DNA of 64,000 nt from Candidatus Foliamicus sp. (GTDB taxonomy: Bacteria; Pseudomonadota; Gammaproteobacteria; Steroidobacterales; Foliamicaceae): contig OZ250178.1 of the NCBI GenBank assembly GCA_965238055.1, positions 2,924,791 to 2,988,790 of the forward strand. The letters run 5' to 3'. Made by a program: the position numbers and the translations under genes. Below, one piece after another: positions 40,931-51,081 of the stretch; position 1 is the stretch's first letter, and the number at the start of each line of letters is the position of its first letter. The notes beneath the pieces were generated by a model. The model was not told where the DNA came from. It searched no databases and saw only the letters and a list, made by a program, of their open reading frames with translations.

Positions 40931-41965
40931 CTACTGGCTGCCGCTGCGCCGCGCCCGCTGGCTGCGCACCAGGGAAGACACTGCGGCATTGTGCTGCGCA
41001 AGCGTGTCGTTGAATACGTGGCTGCCATCGAGTTCGGCCGATGCGACGTAGTAGAGGGAGCTGCCGGCGCGTGGTTGCACCGCCGCGCGCAGAGATGCGC
41101 TGCCGGGAAGGGAGATGGGAGTTGGCGGAAGCCCGTAGCGTGTGTAGGTGTTGTACGGCGTGTCCTCACGCAGATGGGCTCGGGTAATGTCTCCGGCGTA
41201 GGTATCTCCCAGACCGTATATCACGGTGGGGTCCACCTGCAGGCGCATGCGGAGCTCAAGCCGCCGGGAAAGCACACCCGCGATGGTGGGGCGCTCGTCA
41301 TCCAGCCCGGTCTCACGTTCGACGATAGACGCCAGGACCAGCGCCTCATAGGGATCGGCAAACGGCAAATTTACGGCACGCTGCTCCCAGGCTGCCGCCA
41401 GCCTTACCTCCATGAGCTCGTGGGCGCGCAAGAGCAAGTCCGCATCCGTTTCGCCGCGCGTGTAGGCATAGGTATCCGGGAAAAACCATCCTTCGGCGCT
41501 CCCGTAACTTAAGTCCAATTCAAGCGCAAGGTCGAGTGGGTCTTGCGCCTTGAGTGTCGCGAGCAGGGGTTCCTCGCCGGCCAGCGCCCTGAGCAGCTCT
41601 CTCACGGTCCATCCTTCAATGATCGTGAAATAGTGTTGCACCACGTCACCACGCACCATGCGTTCCAGCAGCCGCTTATGCGTGTCTCCTGCCTTGATAC
41701 GGTACTCTCCGGCCTGAATTCGCTCGGCGTCACCTGCCACATAAGCGGCCAGCTTGAACAGCCAGGGCCTCATGAGAATCTCTTCTTCCTCCAGGCGCCG
41801 GACTACCGCATTCAGGGAGTCGCCCGGTTCCACGACAACGCTCTTGTCGGCGGACCCCCGCGCCAGGGGGCTTTCGAGCGCCAGTCGGCTTGAATACAGG
41901 CCTGCCATGACCAGCAGCACGGCCGCGGCCGCAGATGCAACCAGGGCCTTGCCTTTGCGATTCAC
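40931..41965 (-). CDS. mltG: Endolytic transglycosylase MltG
   Basis: LASIVERET, LQVDPTVIYG, PYNTY..GLPPTPI. Confidence 0.95.
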   Translation of the reverse strand: MNRKGKALVASAAAAVLLVMAGLYSSRLALESPLARGSADKSVVVEPGDSLNAVVRRLEEEEILMRPWLFKLAAYVAGDAERIQAGEYRIKAGDTHKRLLERMVRGDVVQHYFTIIEGWTVRELLRALAGEEPLLATLKAQDPLDLALELDLSYGSAEGWFFPDTYAYTRGETDADLLLRAHELMEVRLAAAWEQRAVNLPFADPYEALVLASIVERETGLDDERPTIAGVLSRRLELRMRLQVDPTVIYGLGDTYAGDITRAHLREDTPYNTYTRYGLPPTPISLPGSASLRAAVQPRAGSSLYYVASAELDGSHVFNDTLAQHNAAVSSLVRSQRARRSGSQ

Positions 41966-41968
41966 AAG

Positions 41969-43213
41969 CTAAACCCTGCTGAAGACCAGGCAGCCGTTGG
42001 TGCCGCCGAAGCCAAAGGAATTGCTCATCGCCACGTCAATGGGCATTTCACGAGCCGTGTGTGGCACGAAATCCAGATCACAACCCTCGCTGGGGTTGTC
42101 GAGATTGATGGTGGGCGGCGCTACCCCGTCTCGAATGGCCAGAACGCAATAGAGCGCTTCCAGCGCTCCTGCCGCGCCGAGCAGGTGTCCGGTCATGGAC
42201 TTGGTGGAGCTTACCGCCACACGCCCGGCATGGCCGCCGAATACCTTCTTGATGGCGACCGTTTCAACCAGGTCACCCAGTGGCGTGGAGGTTGCGTGTG
42301 CGTTGATGTAATCGACATCCTCGGGACCCAGGCCGGCGTCAGACAGTGCTGCACGCATGCAGGCCGCAGCCCCGGCGCCGTCCTCGGCAGGCGCGGTTAT
42401 GTGATAGGCGTCGCTGCTCATGCCGAAGCCGGTCAGCTCGGCGAGGATATCGGCCCCGCGGGCGCGGGCGTGCTCCATTTCCTCCAGCATCAGGCAGACG
42501 GAGCCGCTGGCAAGCACGAAACCATCGCGGTCCCGGTCCCAGGGACGGCTGGCTCGTTCCGGCTCGTCGTTACGCAGCGACAGTGCGCGCGCCGAGGAGA
42601 ATCCGCCGATTCCCAGGTAGGCGATACAGTGTTCTGTGCCGCCCGCCACGCAGGCATCGGTCTCCCCGTAGGCAATGGCGCGAGCGCCCAGGCCGATGGA
42701 ATGCGTAGAAGTAGAACAGGCCGTTGCGGTGGCGATATTCGGGCCGCGGGCGCCGATCTGTATCGAGATCAAGCCGGCCGGCATGTTCACGATAATGCCC
42801 GGAACCAGAAACGGTGAAATGCGGCGGGGGTTGTTTTTCTCTCTATAGCGTTCATGAGAGGTTTCGATGGTGCGGATGCCACCAATGCCGGAGCCCACGT
42901 AGACGCTTACCCGCTCCGCGTTCGACGCATCGATCGTAAGTCCCGAAGAACGTACCGCCTGGATTCCAGCGGCAACTCCGTAGTGGTTGAAAGGATCGAA
43001 CCGCCGAACCTCGCGAGGTTCCATGTACTCGGTGGGATCAAAGTCGCGGATCAGTCCCGCAATTCGGGACGGAAAATTGCCGATGTCGGGCAGTTCCTGG
43101 TGTGCGGAAATCCCGCTTGAGCCCTCCAGGACCGACTGCCAGGCAGTCTCGGGATCGTTGCCAACCGGGGTAATCGCACCGGCGCCCGTCACAACTACGC
43201 GACGTCCTTGCAT
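41969..43213 (-). CDS. fabF: Beta-ketoacyl-ACP synthase II
   Basis: TACST, INAHATST, TGHLLGAAG, NSFGFGGTN. Confidence 0.96.
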   Translation of the reverse strand: MQGRRVVVTGAGAITPVGNDPETAWQSVLEGSSGISAHQELPDIGNFPSRIAGLIRDFDPTEYMEPREVRRFDPFNHYGVAAGIQAVRSSGLTIDASNAERVSVYVGSGIGGIRTIETSHERYREKNNPRRISPFLVPGIIVNMPAGLISIQIGARGPNIATATACSTSTHSIGLGARAIAYGETDACVAGGTEHCIAYLGIGGFSSARALSLRNDEPERASRPWDRDRDGFVLASGSVCLMLEEMEHARARGADILAELTGFGMSSDAYHITAPAEDGAGAAACMRAALSDAGLGPEDVDYINAHATSTPLGDLVETVAIKKVFGGHAGRVAVSSTKSMTGHLLGAAGALEALYCVLAIRDGVAPPTINLDNPSEGCDLDFVPHTAREMPIDVAMSNSFGFGGTNGCLVFSRV

Positions 43214-43263
43214 TTCAGGTACTCCGGAGGGGCGAACCCTTCAAGCCGGCCACGCCGGCCGGG

Positions 43264-43503
43264 CTATTCCTCAAGACGCGCGGAAATAAAGTTGATTGCT
43301 TCCTGAACGGTCGTGATCTGCTCTGCGTTCTCGTCGGGGATTTCGGTCTCAAACTCTTCTTCCAGCGCCATGACCAACTCAACGGTGTCGAGCGAATCGG
43401 CGCCCAAGTCGTCCACGAATGAAGATTCATTCGTAATACTGGACTCGGACACGCCAAGCTGCTCGGCGATGATCGCTTTGATCTGTTGTTCAACGTTGCT
43501 CAT
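43264..43503 (-). CDS. acpP: Acyl carrier protein
   Basis: [20 protein letters not shown]. Confidence 0.97.
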   Translation of the reverse strand: MSNVEQQIKAIIAEQLGVSESSITNESSFVDDLGADSLDTVELVMALEEEFETEIPDENAEQITTVQEAINFISARLEE

Positions 43504-43624
43504 AGATCCAATTCCCCTAGGAGCCGGGCAAACCCGGCGCTAAAGCCAGAAACCCTCATTTTACCGGAATACCGCCCTGCAAGGCTATGAAACGGTGTGC
43601 TTTCGAACCGGTATGGGAAGGTGA

Positions 43625-44374
43625 TCAGCCCATCCACATTCCGCCGTTGACGTGAAGGGTGATACCGGTGACATAGGATGCAGCCGGAGACGCCAGGAAA
43701 ACCGCGGCGCCGGCCACATCCAGCGGCGAGCCCGCGCGACCGGCCGGTATCGCTGAGACCATCGCGTCCTTTCGCTGGGAGGAAATGGCGGCCGTCATGT
43801 CCGTTTCGATATACCCCGGCGCAATCGCGTTTACGGTAATTCCGCGGCTGGCCACTTCCTGTGCAAGCGCCCGGGTAAAGCCCAGCAGTCCGGCCTTGGC
43901 CGCTGCGTAGTTCGCCTGCCCTGGTGCGCCTGAAACGCCCACCACCGAGGACAGGTTGATGATGCGGCCCCGGCGCGCCTTGAGCATGCCGCGCAGGCAG
44001 GCCTTGCAAAGCCGGTAGGCAGAATTGAGGTTCGTGTTGATGACGTCCTGCCAGTCATCCGGCTTCATGCGCAGGAGAAGGTTGTCCCGGGTGATACCGG
44101 CATTGTTGACCAGGATCGTGGGCATGCGCCCGGACAAGTCGCCCATTAGTGCCTGCACGCTCTCATCAGACGCTATGTCAAGCACCTTCCCCGAATCCTT
44201 GCTGCCTAAGGCCGCAGAAATGCTCTCCGCGCCCGCAGGCGTGGTGGCGGTTCCGATGACATCGGCGCCGGCTGCCTGAAGCTGCCGTGCGATCTCCGCG
44301 CCGATTCCTCGCGTAGCCCCGGTGACCAGCGCTATTTCTCCGCGCAGCGAGAATAGATTGGAACCATCAGACAC
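43625..44374 (-). CDS. fabG: 3-oxoacyl-ACP reductase
   Basis: TGATRGIG, NNAGITRD, YAAAK. Confidence 0.95.
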   Translation of the reverse strand: MSDGSNLFSLRGEIALVTGATRGIGAEIARQLQAAGADVIGTATTPAGAESISAALGSKDSGKVLDIASDESVQALMGDLSGRMPTILVNNAGITRDNLLLRMKPDDWQDVINTNLNSAYRLCKACLRGMLKARRGRIINLSSVVGVSGAPGQANYAAAKAGLLGFTRALAQEVASRGITVNAIAPGYIETDMTAAISSQRKDAMVSAIPAGRAGSPLDVAGAAVFLASPAASYVTGITLHVNGGMWMG

Positions 44375-44417
44375 GCAAAAAAATTATAGGCGATAGCTTC
44401 CCGAATCTCGCTCTGGC

Positions 44418-44891
44418 ATGATTGGCGGAATGCAAGTGTCGTGTCCCCGTCCGAAGGAATCTCCTGAGCGCAAGCGCGGTTTCACGCTCATGGAACTCCT
44501 GGTCGTCCTGGCGATCATCGGAATCCTTGCAGCCATAGCGACCGGTGTTTACATCAGCCGCGTGGATGATGCCCGGATTACGCGCGCTCGGGCGGATATC
44601 CAGACTATCGAGGCTGCCGTGGATATTTTTCGACTGGATAACTTTCGCTACCCCACAAACCAGGAAGGGCTGAAGGCGCTGGTGGAGAAGCCGAACGATC
44701 GGGATCTCCGCTGGCCGCAGGGCGGTTACATGCGCCGCCTGCCCGTCGATCCCTGGAACCGGCCGTATCTCTATTCCACTCCCGGGCGGCGCGGTGAGGT
44801 GGACATCTATACCCTGGGGCGCGACGGCGAGGAAGGCGGCGAAGGCCAGGATCGGGACATAGGCAACTGGAATCTCGATCAGCAGTCGTGA
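44418..44891 (+). CDS. gspG: T2SS major pseudopilin GspG
   Basis: GFTLMEL prepilin motif, YPT..EGL.AL, DPWNRPY. Confidence 0.93.
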   Translation: MIGGMQVSCPRPKESPERKRGFTLMELLVVLAIIGILAAIATGVYISRVDDARITRARADIQTIEAAVDIFRLDNFRYPTNQEGLKALVEKPNDRDLRWPQGGYMRRLPVDPWNRPYLYSTPGRRGEVDIYTLGRDGEEGGEGQDRDIGNWNLDQQS

Positions 44892-45424
44892 TGGCAAACG
44901 GGGAAGCCACCCCCAGGGCGCGCGGCTTTACGCTGATAGAAATCCTCGTTGTCCTCGCCCTCATCGCACTGCTTACCGGTCTGGCGGCGCTGTCCGCCGG
45001 GGCCGCCGGCAGCCCGGTGGAGCGCGAGGCACGCAGGCTGGCTTCCACCTTGCGTCTGGCCGTGGATGAAAGCCGCCTGCAGGGGCGAGTCCTGGGTCTG
45101 AGATTCGACCAGGAAGGCTATTCGTACCTTGAACTGCTGCCCGGTGAGCCCGATGGTGAGCCCGGGTTCAATTTCATCTGGAAGCAGTCAGCCCAAAGGG
45201 GCGCCCTGGCGCCCCGATCCTGGCCCGAACCGCTCAAGTTCGAATTGAGGATCAATGGACGATTGGTGACCGAGGGATTGCGAAGGCCGTCTCGCCCACC
45301 CCAGATTGTGTTGTTGCCCGAGGGAGAGTTCACGCCGTTCTCGCTCCGGCTGATCGGCACGAGGGAAGCCGGTGCGGTCATGCGATTCAGTTCTTCAGGA
45401 CTGCTGGAGATACAAACCCGGTGA
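44888..45424 (+). CDS. gspH: T2SS pseudopilin GspH
   Basis: GFTLIEIL, GEFTPF. Confidence 0.85.
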   Translation: MMANGEATPRARGFTLIEILVVLALIALLTGLAALSAGAAGSPVEREARRLASTLRLAVDESRLQGRVLGLRFDQEGYSYLELLPGEPDGEPGFNFIWKQSAQRGALAPRSWPEPLKFELRINGRLVTEGLRRPSRPPQIVLLPEGEFTPFSLRLIGTREAGAVMRFSSSGLLEIQTR

Positions 45425-45804
45425 AACGCGGCTTCACCCTGCTTGAAGTAATGGTGGCCCTGGCTGTGGTTGCACTGGGTTTGAGCGCGGCGTTCACCGC
45501 AATGGGCCAATCGTCCCGCTCGGCGGAACAATTGCGAGTGCGCACACTGGCCCAATGGGCCGCGGCCGATGCACTCACTGCGCTGCGCCTTGCAAACGAG
45601 GCGCCCCGCAGGGAGCTGCTCAGGCGGGAGGAAATCTCGGGCCGAATGTGGTGGGTGGAGTATCGCGTGCAGGCAACCGACGCGGAAGTCCTGCTCGATG
45701 TGGAGGTGGCCGTGGGCATGGAGCGGAACGCACCTTCCCTGGCAACCGCGCGGGGAATGGTCCGCCTGAAGGCTGACCTGGACTGGACTGTCCTGCCAGA
45801 GTGA
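45421..45804 (+). CDS. gspI: T2SS pseudopilin GspI
   Basis: GFTLLEVMVAL; position in the operon. Confidence 0.85.
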   Translation: MKRGFTLLEVMVALAVVALGLSAAFTAMGQSSRSAEQLRVRTLAQWAAADALTALRLANEAPRRELLRREEISGRMWWVEYRVQATDAEVLLDVEVAVGMERNAPSLATARGMVRLKADLDWTVLPE

Positions 45805-46412
45805 TGAACTTCCGAACCCGAGGCTTCACCCTGATCGAGCTGCTGGTCGCCCTGGCGGTCTTCGCCGTTATGGCGACACTCGCATTCGGGGGCCTGGGTG
45901 AAGCGGTCACACAATCGCAACGGCTGGATGCTTCGCAACAGCGTTGGGCGTCGCTGCAGCGCACGGTAAGGATTGTGGAGAACGACATCGCGCAAATGCG
46001 AGCCCGGCCGGTGCGCGGCATCCTGGGACAGGACTATGAGCCGGCGCTGCGGGAGGCGCGCGCAAGTGGATTGATCCTCACCCGTGGCGGCTGGTTGAAC
46101 CCGGCCCTGCTGCCGCGCGCAGAACTGCAGAGGGTGAGGTACCGATTGCTGGATGGACGGCTGCTGCGCGAGTACTGGCCGGTATTGGACCGAATCGGAG
46201 CGACTGACGCCGGCGGAGAAGTTCTGTTGACGGACGTTACGGAATTTCGCCTGGAATTTCTGCCGGTGAGAGGGTCCGGAGGTGAAACCTGGACAGACTC
46301 CTGGCCGCCGCCGGGAGAAACCTCCCTGGAGACGCTTCCCGCCGGCGTGCGGCTGACCGTCGACGCGGCGGGCCTTGGCCGGGTAATTCGCCTGATTGAG
46401 GCCGGAAGTTGA
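45801..46412 (+). CDS. gspJ: T2SS pseudopilin GspJ
   Basis: GFTLIELLVAL, TRGGWLNP, LQRVRY. Confidence 0.88.
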   Translation: MMNFRTRGFTLIELLVALAVFAVMATLAFGGLGEAVTQSQRLDASQQRWASLQRTVRIVENDIAQMRARPVRGILGQDYEPALREARASGLILTRGGWLNPALLPRAELQRVRYRLLDGRLLREYWPVLDRIGATDAGGEVLLTDVTEFRLEFLPVRGSGGETWTDSWPPPGETSLETLPAGVRLTVDAAGLGRVIRLIEAGS

Positions 46413-47365
46413 ACCCGTACCGTTCACAGCGGGGCCTGGCGCTGGTATCTGCGCTGTTGATCGTCAGCCTGGCGGGCATACTCGCCGCCGGCCGGATGTT
46501 CAGCCTGCAGCTTGAAATCAAGGCCACCGCTTCCCTGATGGACAGCTCCCGCGCCCGCCTTATCGCGCTGGGGATCGAGGAGATGGCCATGGAGTTGCTG
46601 CTTGCCGACGCCGTCAACAGCGATACGGACCATTTCGGAGAATCCTGGGCGCGAGGATTGGGCGCCATGGATGTGGGACCGATGTTGGTCCAGGGGACCA
46701 TAGAGGACATGCAGGGACGTTTCAACATGAACAACCTGGTGACCCCTCAGGGAACAGCGGACCTGATTGCGGTCGAACAGTTTCGGCGCCTTCTTCGGGT
46801 TCTGGGGCTGGAAGAGATCCTGGCCGTAAAGGCGCTGGACTGGATGGACGCGGACAACTTGCCCCAGCAGCAAGGCGGCGCGGAAGATGAAGCGTATACG
46901 CGGCTTGACCCACCCTACCAGGCGCCCAATCGGCCGATGGAGGACATTTCGGAATTGCTGGCCGTGGAGGGCTTTGATGCCGTTTCCTGGAGCATCCTGG
47001 CGCCGCATATCACGGCGCTGCCTGTCGCCGGCGCGCCTACGCCCGTAAACTTGAACACCGCCGGCCTGGCGGTATTGCTGTCGCTGACCGACGGCTCCAA
47101 CCAGGTCCAGGTCCAGCGGTGGCGCGAACGGCAGCTGTCCGGCGGAATAAACGATATGAGCGAAGTGCAAGGCGCCCTGCCCGCCGGAATGAAGGATCGC
47201 GTTGCGCCGTCCAGCGACTGGTTTGCTCTGCGCCTGGCCATTCAGCTTGGCGACACCCGTTTCTTCATGACCAGCCTGCTGGATCGGCGGTCCGGCCAGA
47301 TTCAAACGCGATGGCGCCGGCAGGGATTGCCGGCTGAGGCATGGCTGGCGCCTGCGGAGAGCTAG
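46409..47365 (+). CDS. gspK: T2SS pseudopilin GspK
   Basis: RGLALVSAL, QGRFNMNNL, DWMDAD, VNLNTA. Confidence 0.9.
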   Translation: MNPYRSQRGLALVSALLIVSLAGILAAGRMFSLQLEIKATASLMDSSRARLIALGIEEMAMELLLADAVNSDTDHFGESWARGLGAMDVGPMLVQGTIEDMQGRFNMNNLVTPQGTADLIAVEQFRRLLRVLGLEEILAVKALDWMDADNLPQQQGGAEDEAYTRLDPPYQAPNRPMEDISELLAVEGFDAVSWSILAPHITALPVAGAPTPVNLNTAGLAVLLSLTDGSNQVQVQRWRERQLSGGINDMSEVQGALPAGMKDRVAPSSDWFALRLAIQLGDTRFFMTSLLDRRSGQIQTRWRRQGLPAEAWLAPAES

Positions 47366-47379
47366 GCAGGGGCCGCGGC

Positions 47380-48603
47380 GTGGAACACCTGATCGTTCGA
47401 TTGATGGGCCCGGAGGGCGGTGCTTCCTGGCAGTTGGTGGATGGGCATGGCGCGCCCCTTCCCGAATGGGGCGCCGGGGAGCTGGATCAGGCGGCCGCGC
47501 TTTCTGAAGGCCGCAAGGTGGTGGTGCTGGTTCCGTCCCGCGAGGTTTTTCGCGCCAGGCTGAACCTGCCTGCGCGCGGACGGCGCGCGGCGGTGAAGGG
47601 TGTGCGCTATGCGCTGGAGGACCGTATAGCCGGGGATGTGGAGGACATGCATTTTGCGGTTGGGCCGGCCTCGGGGGACCATCTCGACGTGGCGGCCATT
47701 GAACGCCAGCGAATGGTCGATTGGCTGGACCGCTGTTCGGCTGCGGGTCTTGCGCCGGTAGCGGCATATGACGAGGGCGATGCCCTGCCCGAGCTACCCA
47801 ACGCGGCTGTTGCGCTGCTGGAGCCGGACAGGCTCTTGCTGCGGAACGGCAGCGGACAATTGGTTGCGGCCGAGCCCGCGGAATTGGCGGGTCTCGTCGA
47901 GATCCTCTGCGCCGAGCATGCTGGCGAGGACGCCGCTCCTTTTCGCCTGGTGATTTATTGCGATTCCGCATTGGAGAGTACGGCGCGCGAAGCGATGTCG
48001 AAGCTGGCCGGACGTGAGGTCGAATTACGGCTCCTGGAGCAGGGAGTGATGGCGCAAATGGCCGCAGAGGCACTTTCCAGCCGCGCAATCAATCTCATGC
48101 AAGGGGAATTCAGGCCACGTGATGGCCAGGCTCGCTCGCTTTTGCAAGTCCTCCTCGGTTTGTTGGCTGTTGGGCTGCTCTACCCCGCATATCTGGGGCT
48201 GGACGGCTGGCGCGCCGAAAGAGAATTTCAGGCGGTAGAAGCGGTGGTGGACGCGCGCCTTGAGCGGCTGATGCCGGATGTTAGCGAGGGAGAGACGCTG
48301 CGGGCGGAATGGCGCCGCCGTATCGCCTCTGCGGACCTTTCAGCGGCAGCCAGCAGCGACGAGTTCCTGCGCCTTCTCCAGGCGCTGGATACCAGCGGTG
48401 GCGAGAAGACACGAGTCATCGGCCTGAGTTACGGCAATGGATCAACCCAGGTCCAACTGCGGGCCGCTGATATGGACACGCTGGAGGAGACACGGCGACG
48501 CCTCCGCTCCAGCGGGTACTCGGTCTTGATTCAAACCGCGGCGCCCGAACCCAATGGGGCGGTGCTCGGCGAACTGAACCTGCGTAATGAACGCGATCGC
48601 TGA
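47380..48603 (+). CDS. gspL: T2SS protein GspL
   Basis: YALEDRIA..VEDMHFA, INLMQGEF. Confidence 0.85.
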   Translation: MEHLIVRLMGPEGGASWQLVDGHGAPLPEWGAGELDQAAALSEGRKVVVLVPSREVFRARLNLPARGRRAAVKGVRYALEDRIAGDVEDMHFAVGPASGDHLDVAAIERQRMVDWLDRCSAAGLAPVAAYDEGDALPELPNAAVALLEPDRLLLRNGSGQLVAAEPAELAGLVEILCAEHAGEDAAPFRLVIYCDSALESTAREAMSKLAGREVELRLLEQGVMAQMAAEALSSRAINLMQGEFRPRDGQARSLLQVLLGLLAVGLLYPAYLGLDGWRAEREFQAVEAVVDARLERLMPDVSEGETLRAEWRRRIASADLSAAASSDEFLRLLQALDTSGGEKTRVIGLSYGNGSTQVQLRAADMDTLEETRRRLRSSGYSVLIQTAAPEPNGAVLGELNLRNERDR

Positions 48604-49129
48604 ATTCTGGAACGCCCGGAACGCCCGCGAGCAGTTGTTGCTGGTCTGCCTGGGCATCGTTGTCCTGGGAGCCATCTGGTTTTTGGTCGTGGTGGTTCCG
48701 CTACAGGCTCGCGTGGACAGCTACAGGCAGGAAGTAGTGGCGGAACGCGCTCTGCTGGAGAGCGTCAATGGTTTGAGCGGCCGAATGCAGAACTTGCCGG
48801 CGCCACGGGCGCGTTCGGACACTTCGATGCTGCTGGTCGCCAACCGGTCATTGCGCGACGCAGGTCTTGACGCGTACCTGGAGGAAGGCAGTGCCGATGG
48901 AGATCGCCGCGTACGCCTGCGGCTAGGCAATGCGCCGTTCCCCAGGGTAAGCGCCTGGCTGGCGGGCCTTGCCGTTCAGGAAGGAATAAACACCGTGACC
49001 GCCGACATACAAGCAGGCGACACAACGGGTTTTGTTCAGCTGAGCCTGGTGCTGGAACGCAGGGACTTTGCTGGGAGTGAAGGCATCCCGCCTGCACAGA
49101 GGGCGGGACGCTCTCGTTCCCGGGGTTAG
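48587..49129 (+). CDS. gspM: T2SS protein GspM
   Basis: W...NAREQ plus TM helix; the 3' end reads through a REP element. Confidence 0.78.
   Translation: MNAIAEFWNARNAREQLLLVCLGIVVLGAIWFLVVVVPLQARVDSYRQEVVAERALLESVNGLSGRMQNLPAPRARSDTSMLLVANRSLRDAGLDAYLEEGSADGDRRVRLRLGNAPFPRVSAWLAGLAVQEGINTVTADIQAGDTTGFVQLSLVLERRDFAGSEGIPPAQRAGRSRSRG
49071..49125. repeat. REP-like inverted pair
   Basis: CTGGGAGTGAAGGCATCCCGCCT...GAGGGCGGGACGCTCTCGTTCCCGGGG. Confidence 0.7.
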
Positions 49130-49163
49130 GGGTTGATTTGGAACAGTATCACTGAGATGACTC

Positions 49164-49490
49164 ATGGCTGAATATCAAGTAACGCGCCCCGTGCGGCGCA
49201 CGCCGGTGCATCCCGGCGAGATCATGCGTGATGACGTATTACCAGCAATCGGATTGTCTGTAAGTGAAACGGCCAGGCGGATTGGCGTTTCGCGTCAGCA
49301 GCTCCACCGTGTCTTGGCCTGCACCCACCCGATCACGACAGAAATGGCCTTGAGGATAGGGAAATATGCCGGCAATGGGCCGGAGCTTTGGTTGAGGTTG
49401 CAGCAGAATTACGATCTGTGGCATGCGGAGAAGCGATTGAAGCGGGAACTGGACAGGATCGAGGCGAACGCCAGCGGCGCTAACCCCTGA
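49164..49490 (+). CDS. higA: HigA-family antitoxin/HTH regulator with no adjacent toxin
   Basis: HPGEIM, ITTEMALRI, WLRLQQNYDLW. Confidence 0.85.
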   Translation: MAEYQVTRPVRRTPVHPGEIMRDDVLPAIGLSVSETARRIGVSRQQLHRVLACTHPITTEMALRIGKYAGNGPELWLRLQQNYDLWHAEKRLKRELDRIEANASGANP

Positions 49491-49503
49491 CCCGCACGGT
49501 TCA

Positions 49504-51081
49504 ATGACTGAATCTCGCACCCAAGATAAATCCCTCGAATCCTGGATCTGGGATGCCGCGTGCTCCATCCGCGGCGCCAAGGACGCGCCGAAGTACAAGG
49601 ACTACATCCTCCCCCTCATCTTCACCAAGCGCCTCTGTGACGTATTCGATGACGAGTTGAACCGGATCGCCGCCGAGGTTGGTTCGCGCGAGAAGGCGTT
49701 CGGTCTCGCCAAGGCCGACCACAAGCTCGTCCGCTTCTATCTGCCCCTCGTCCCAGAAGACACGGAGCAGCCGGTCTGGTCGGTTATTCGCAAGCTCTCC
49801 GACAAGATTGGAGAATGCGTTACCACCCATCTACGGTCCATCGCCCGCGAGAACTCACTACTGCAGGGCATCATTGATCGGGTTGACTTCAACGCTACAA
49901 CCCACGGCCAGCGCGACCTCGACGATGACCGCCTCTCAAACCTTATAGAAGCCATCAGCACCAAGCGCCTTGGGCTTGACGATGTTGAGGCCGACATAAT
50001 CGGCAAGAGTTACGAATACCTCATCCGCAAATTCGCTGAAGGTAGCGGCCAGAGCGCTGGCGAGTTCTACACCCCCGGAGAAGTAGGCGAGATCATGGCC
50101 CGTGTCCTGGCGCCCGATCCAGGCATGGAAATCTACGATCCCACCTGCGGCTCCGGCGGCCTTCTCATCAAGTGTGAACTCGCCATGGAGGCCAAAACGC
50201 AGGCCGCCAAGCAGGCGAAATACGCGCCTCTCAAACTGTTCGGCCAGGAATACATCCCCGAGACCTGGGCTATGGCCAACATGAACATGATCATCCATGA
50301 CATGGAGGGACAGATCGAGATTGGCGATACTTTCAAGAATCCCAAGTTCCGTGCCGAGAAAAACGGCAAGCTCCGCACTTTCGATTGCGTGGTCGCCAAT
50401 CCCATGTGGAATCAGAAGGAGTTCACCGAAACCGACTACGACAATGACGAACTCGATCGTTTCCTTCCAGGTTTTCCCGGCAAGTCCTCCGCCGACTGGG
50501 GCTGGGTCCAGCACATTCACGCCAGCCTCAAGCCCAGATCGAGTAGCCAACACGCGGGCCGCGCCGCCGTCGTCCTCGACACCGGCGCCGCCTCCCGCGG
50601 CTCGGGCAATGCGGGAACCAACAAGGAGAAAACCGTCCGCCAGTGGTTTGTTGACCACGACCTCATCGAGAGCGTCCTCTACCTGCCCGAGAACCTCTTC
50701 TACAACACCACCGCCCCAGGCATCGTGCTCTTTCTCAACAAGGGCAAGCCCAAGTCCCGCCAGAGGAAGGTGCTCCTCGTCAACGCCAGCCAGATTTTCG
50801 AGAAAGGCGATCCCAAGAACTTCATCCCACCCGCGGGTATCGACCGCATTACCCAGATCCTGATCGAATGGAAGGAAGAAGAAAAACTCAGCCGAATCGT
50901 GGATCACGCTGAATTGAAGAAGAACGACTACAACATTTCCCCCAGCCGCTACATCCACACCGGCGAAGCCGAGACCTATCGGCCGCTGCCGGAGATCGTG
51001 GCGGAACTGGATGCGGTTGAAGCAGATGCGAGGGAGGCGGACAAAGCGCTCCGCACAATCCTCAAGCAGCTTGAATCATGA
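49504..51081 (+). CDS. hsdM: Type I RM methyltransferase subunit
   Basis: GEFYTP, YDPTCGSGG, VANPMWN (variant motif IV). Confidence 0.95.
   Translation: MTESRTQDKSLESWIWDAACSIRGAKDAPKYKDYILPLIFTKRLCDVFDDELNRIAAEVGSREKAFGLAKADHKLVRFYLPLVPEDTEQPVWSVIRKLSDKIGECVTTHLRSIARENSLLQGIIDRVDFNATTHGQRDLDDDRLSNLIEAISTKRLGLDDVEADIIGKSYEYLIRKFAEGSGQSAGEFYTPGEVGEIMARVLAPDPGMEIYDPTCGSGGLLIKCELAMEAKTQAAKQAKYAPLKLFGQEYIPETWAMANMNMIIHDMEGQIEIGDTFKNPKFRAEKNGKLRTFDCVVANPMWNQKEFTETDYDNDELDRFLPGFPGKSSADWGWVQHIHASLKPRSSSQHAGRAAVVLDTGAASRGSGNAGTNKEKTVRQWFVDHDLIESVLYLPENLFYNTTAPGIVLFLNKGKPKSRQRKVLLVNASQIFEKGDPKNFIPPAGIDRITQILIEWKEEEKLSRIVDHAELKKNDYNISPSRYIHTGEAETYRPLPEIVAELDAVEADAREADKALRTILKQLES

Noticed and set aside
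46424-48088. 554-aa minus-strand ORF, and similar long ORFs at 59170-60612 and 49936-50958
   Set aside because: Antisense to gspK/gspL, hsdR and hsdM, with no recognisable motifs
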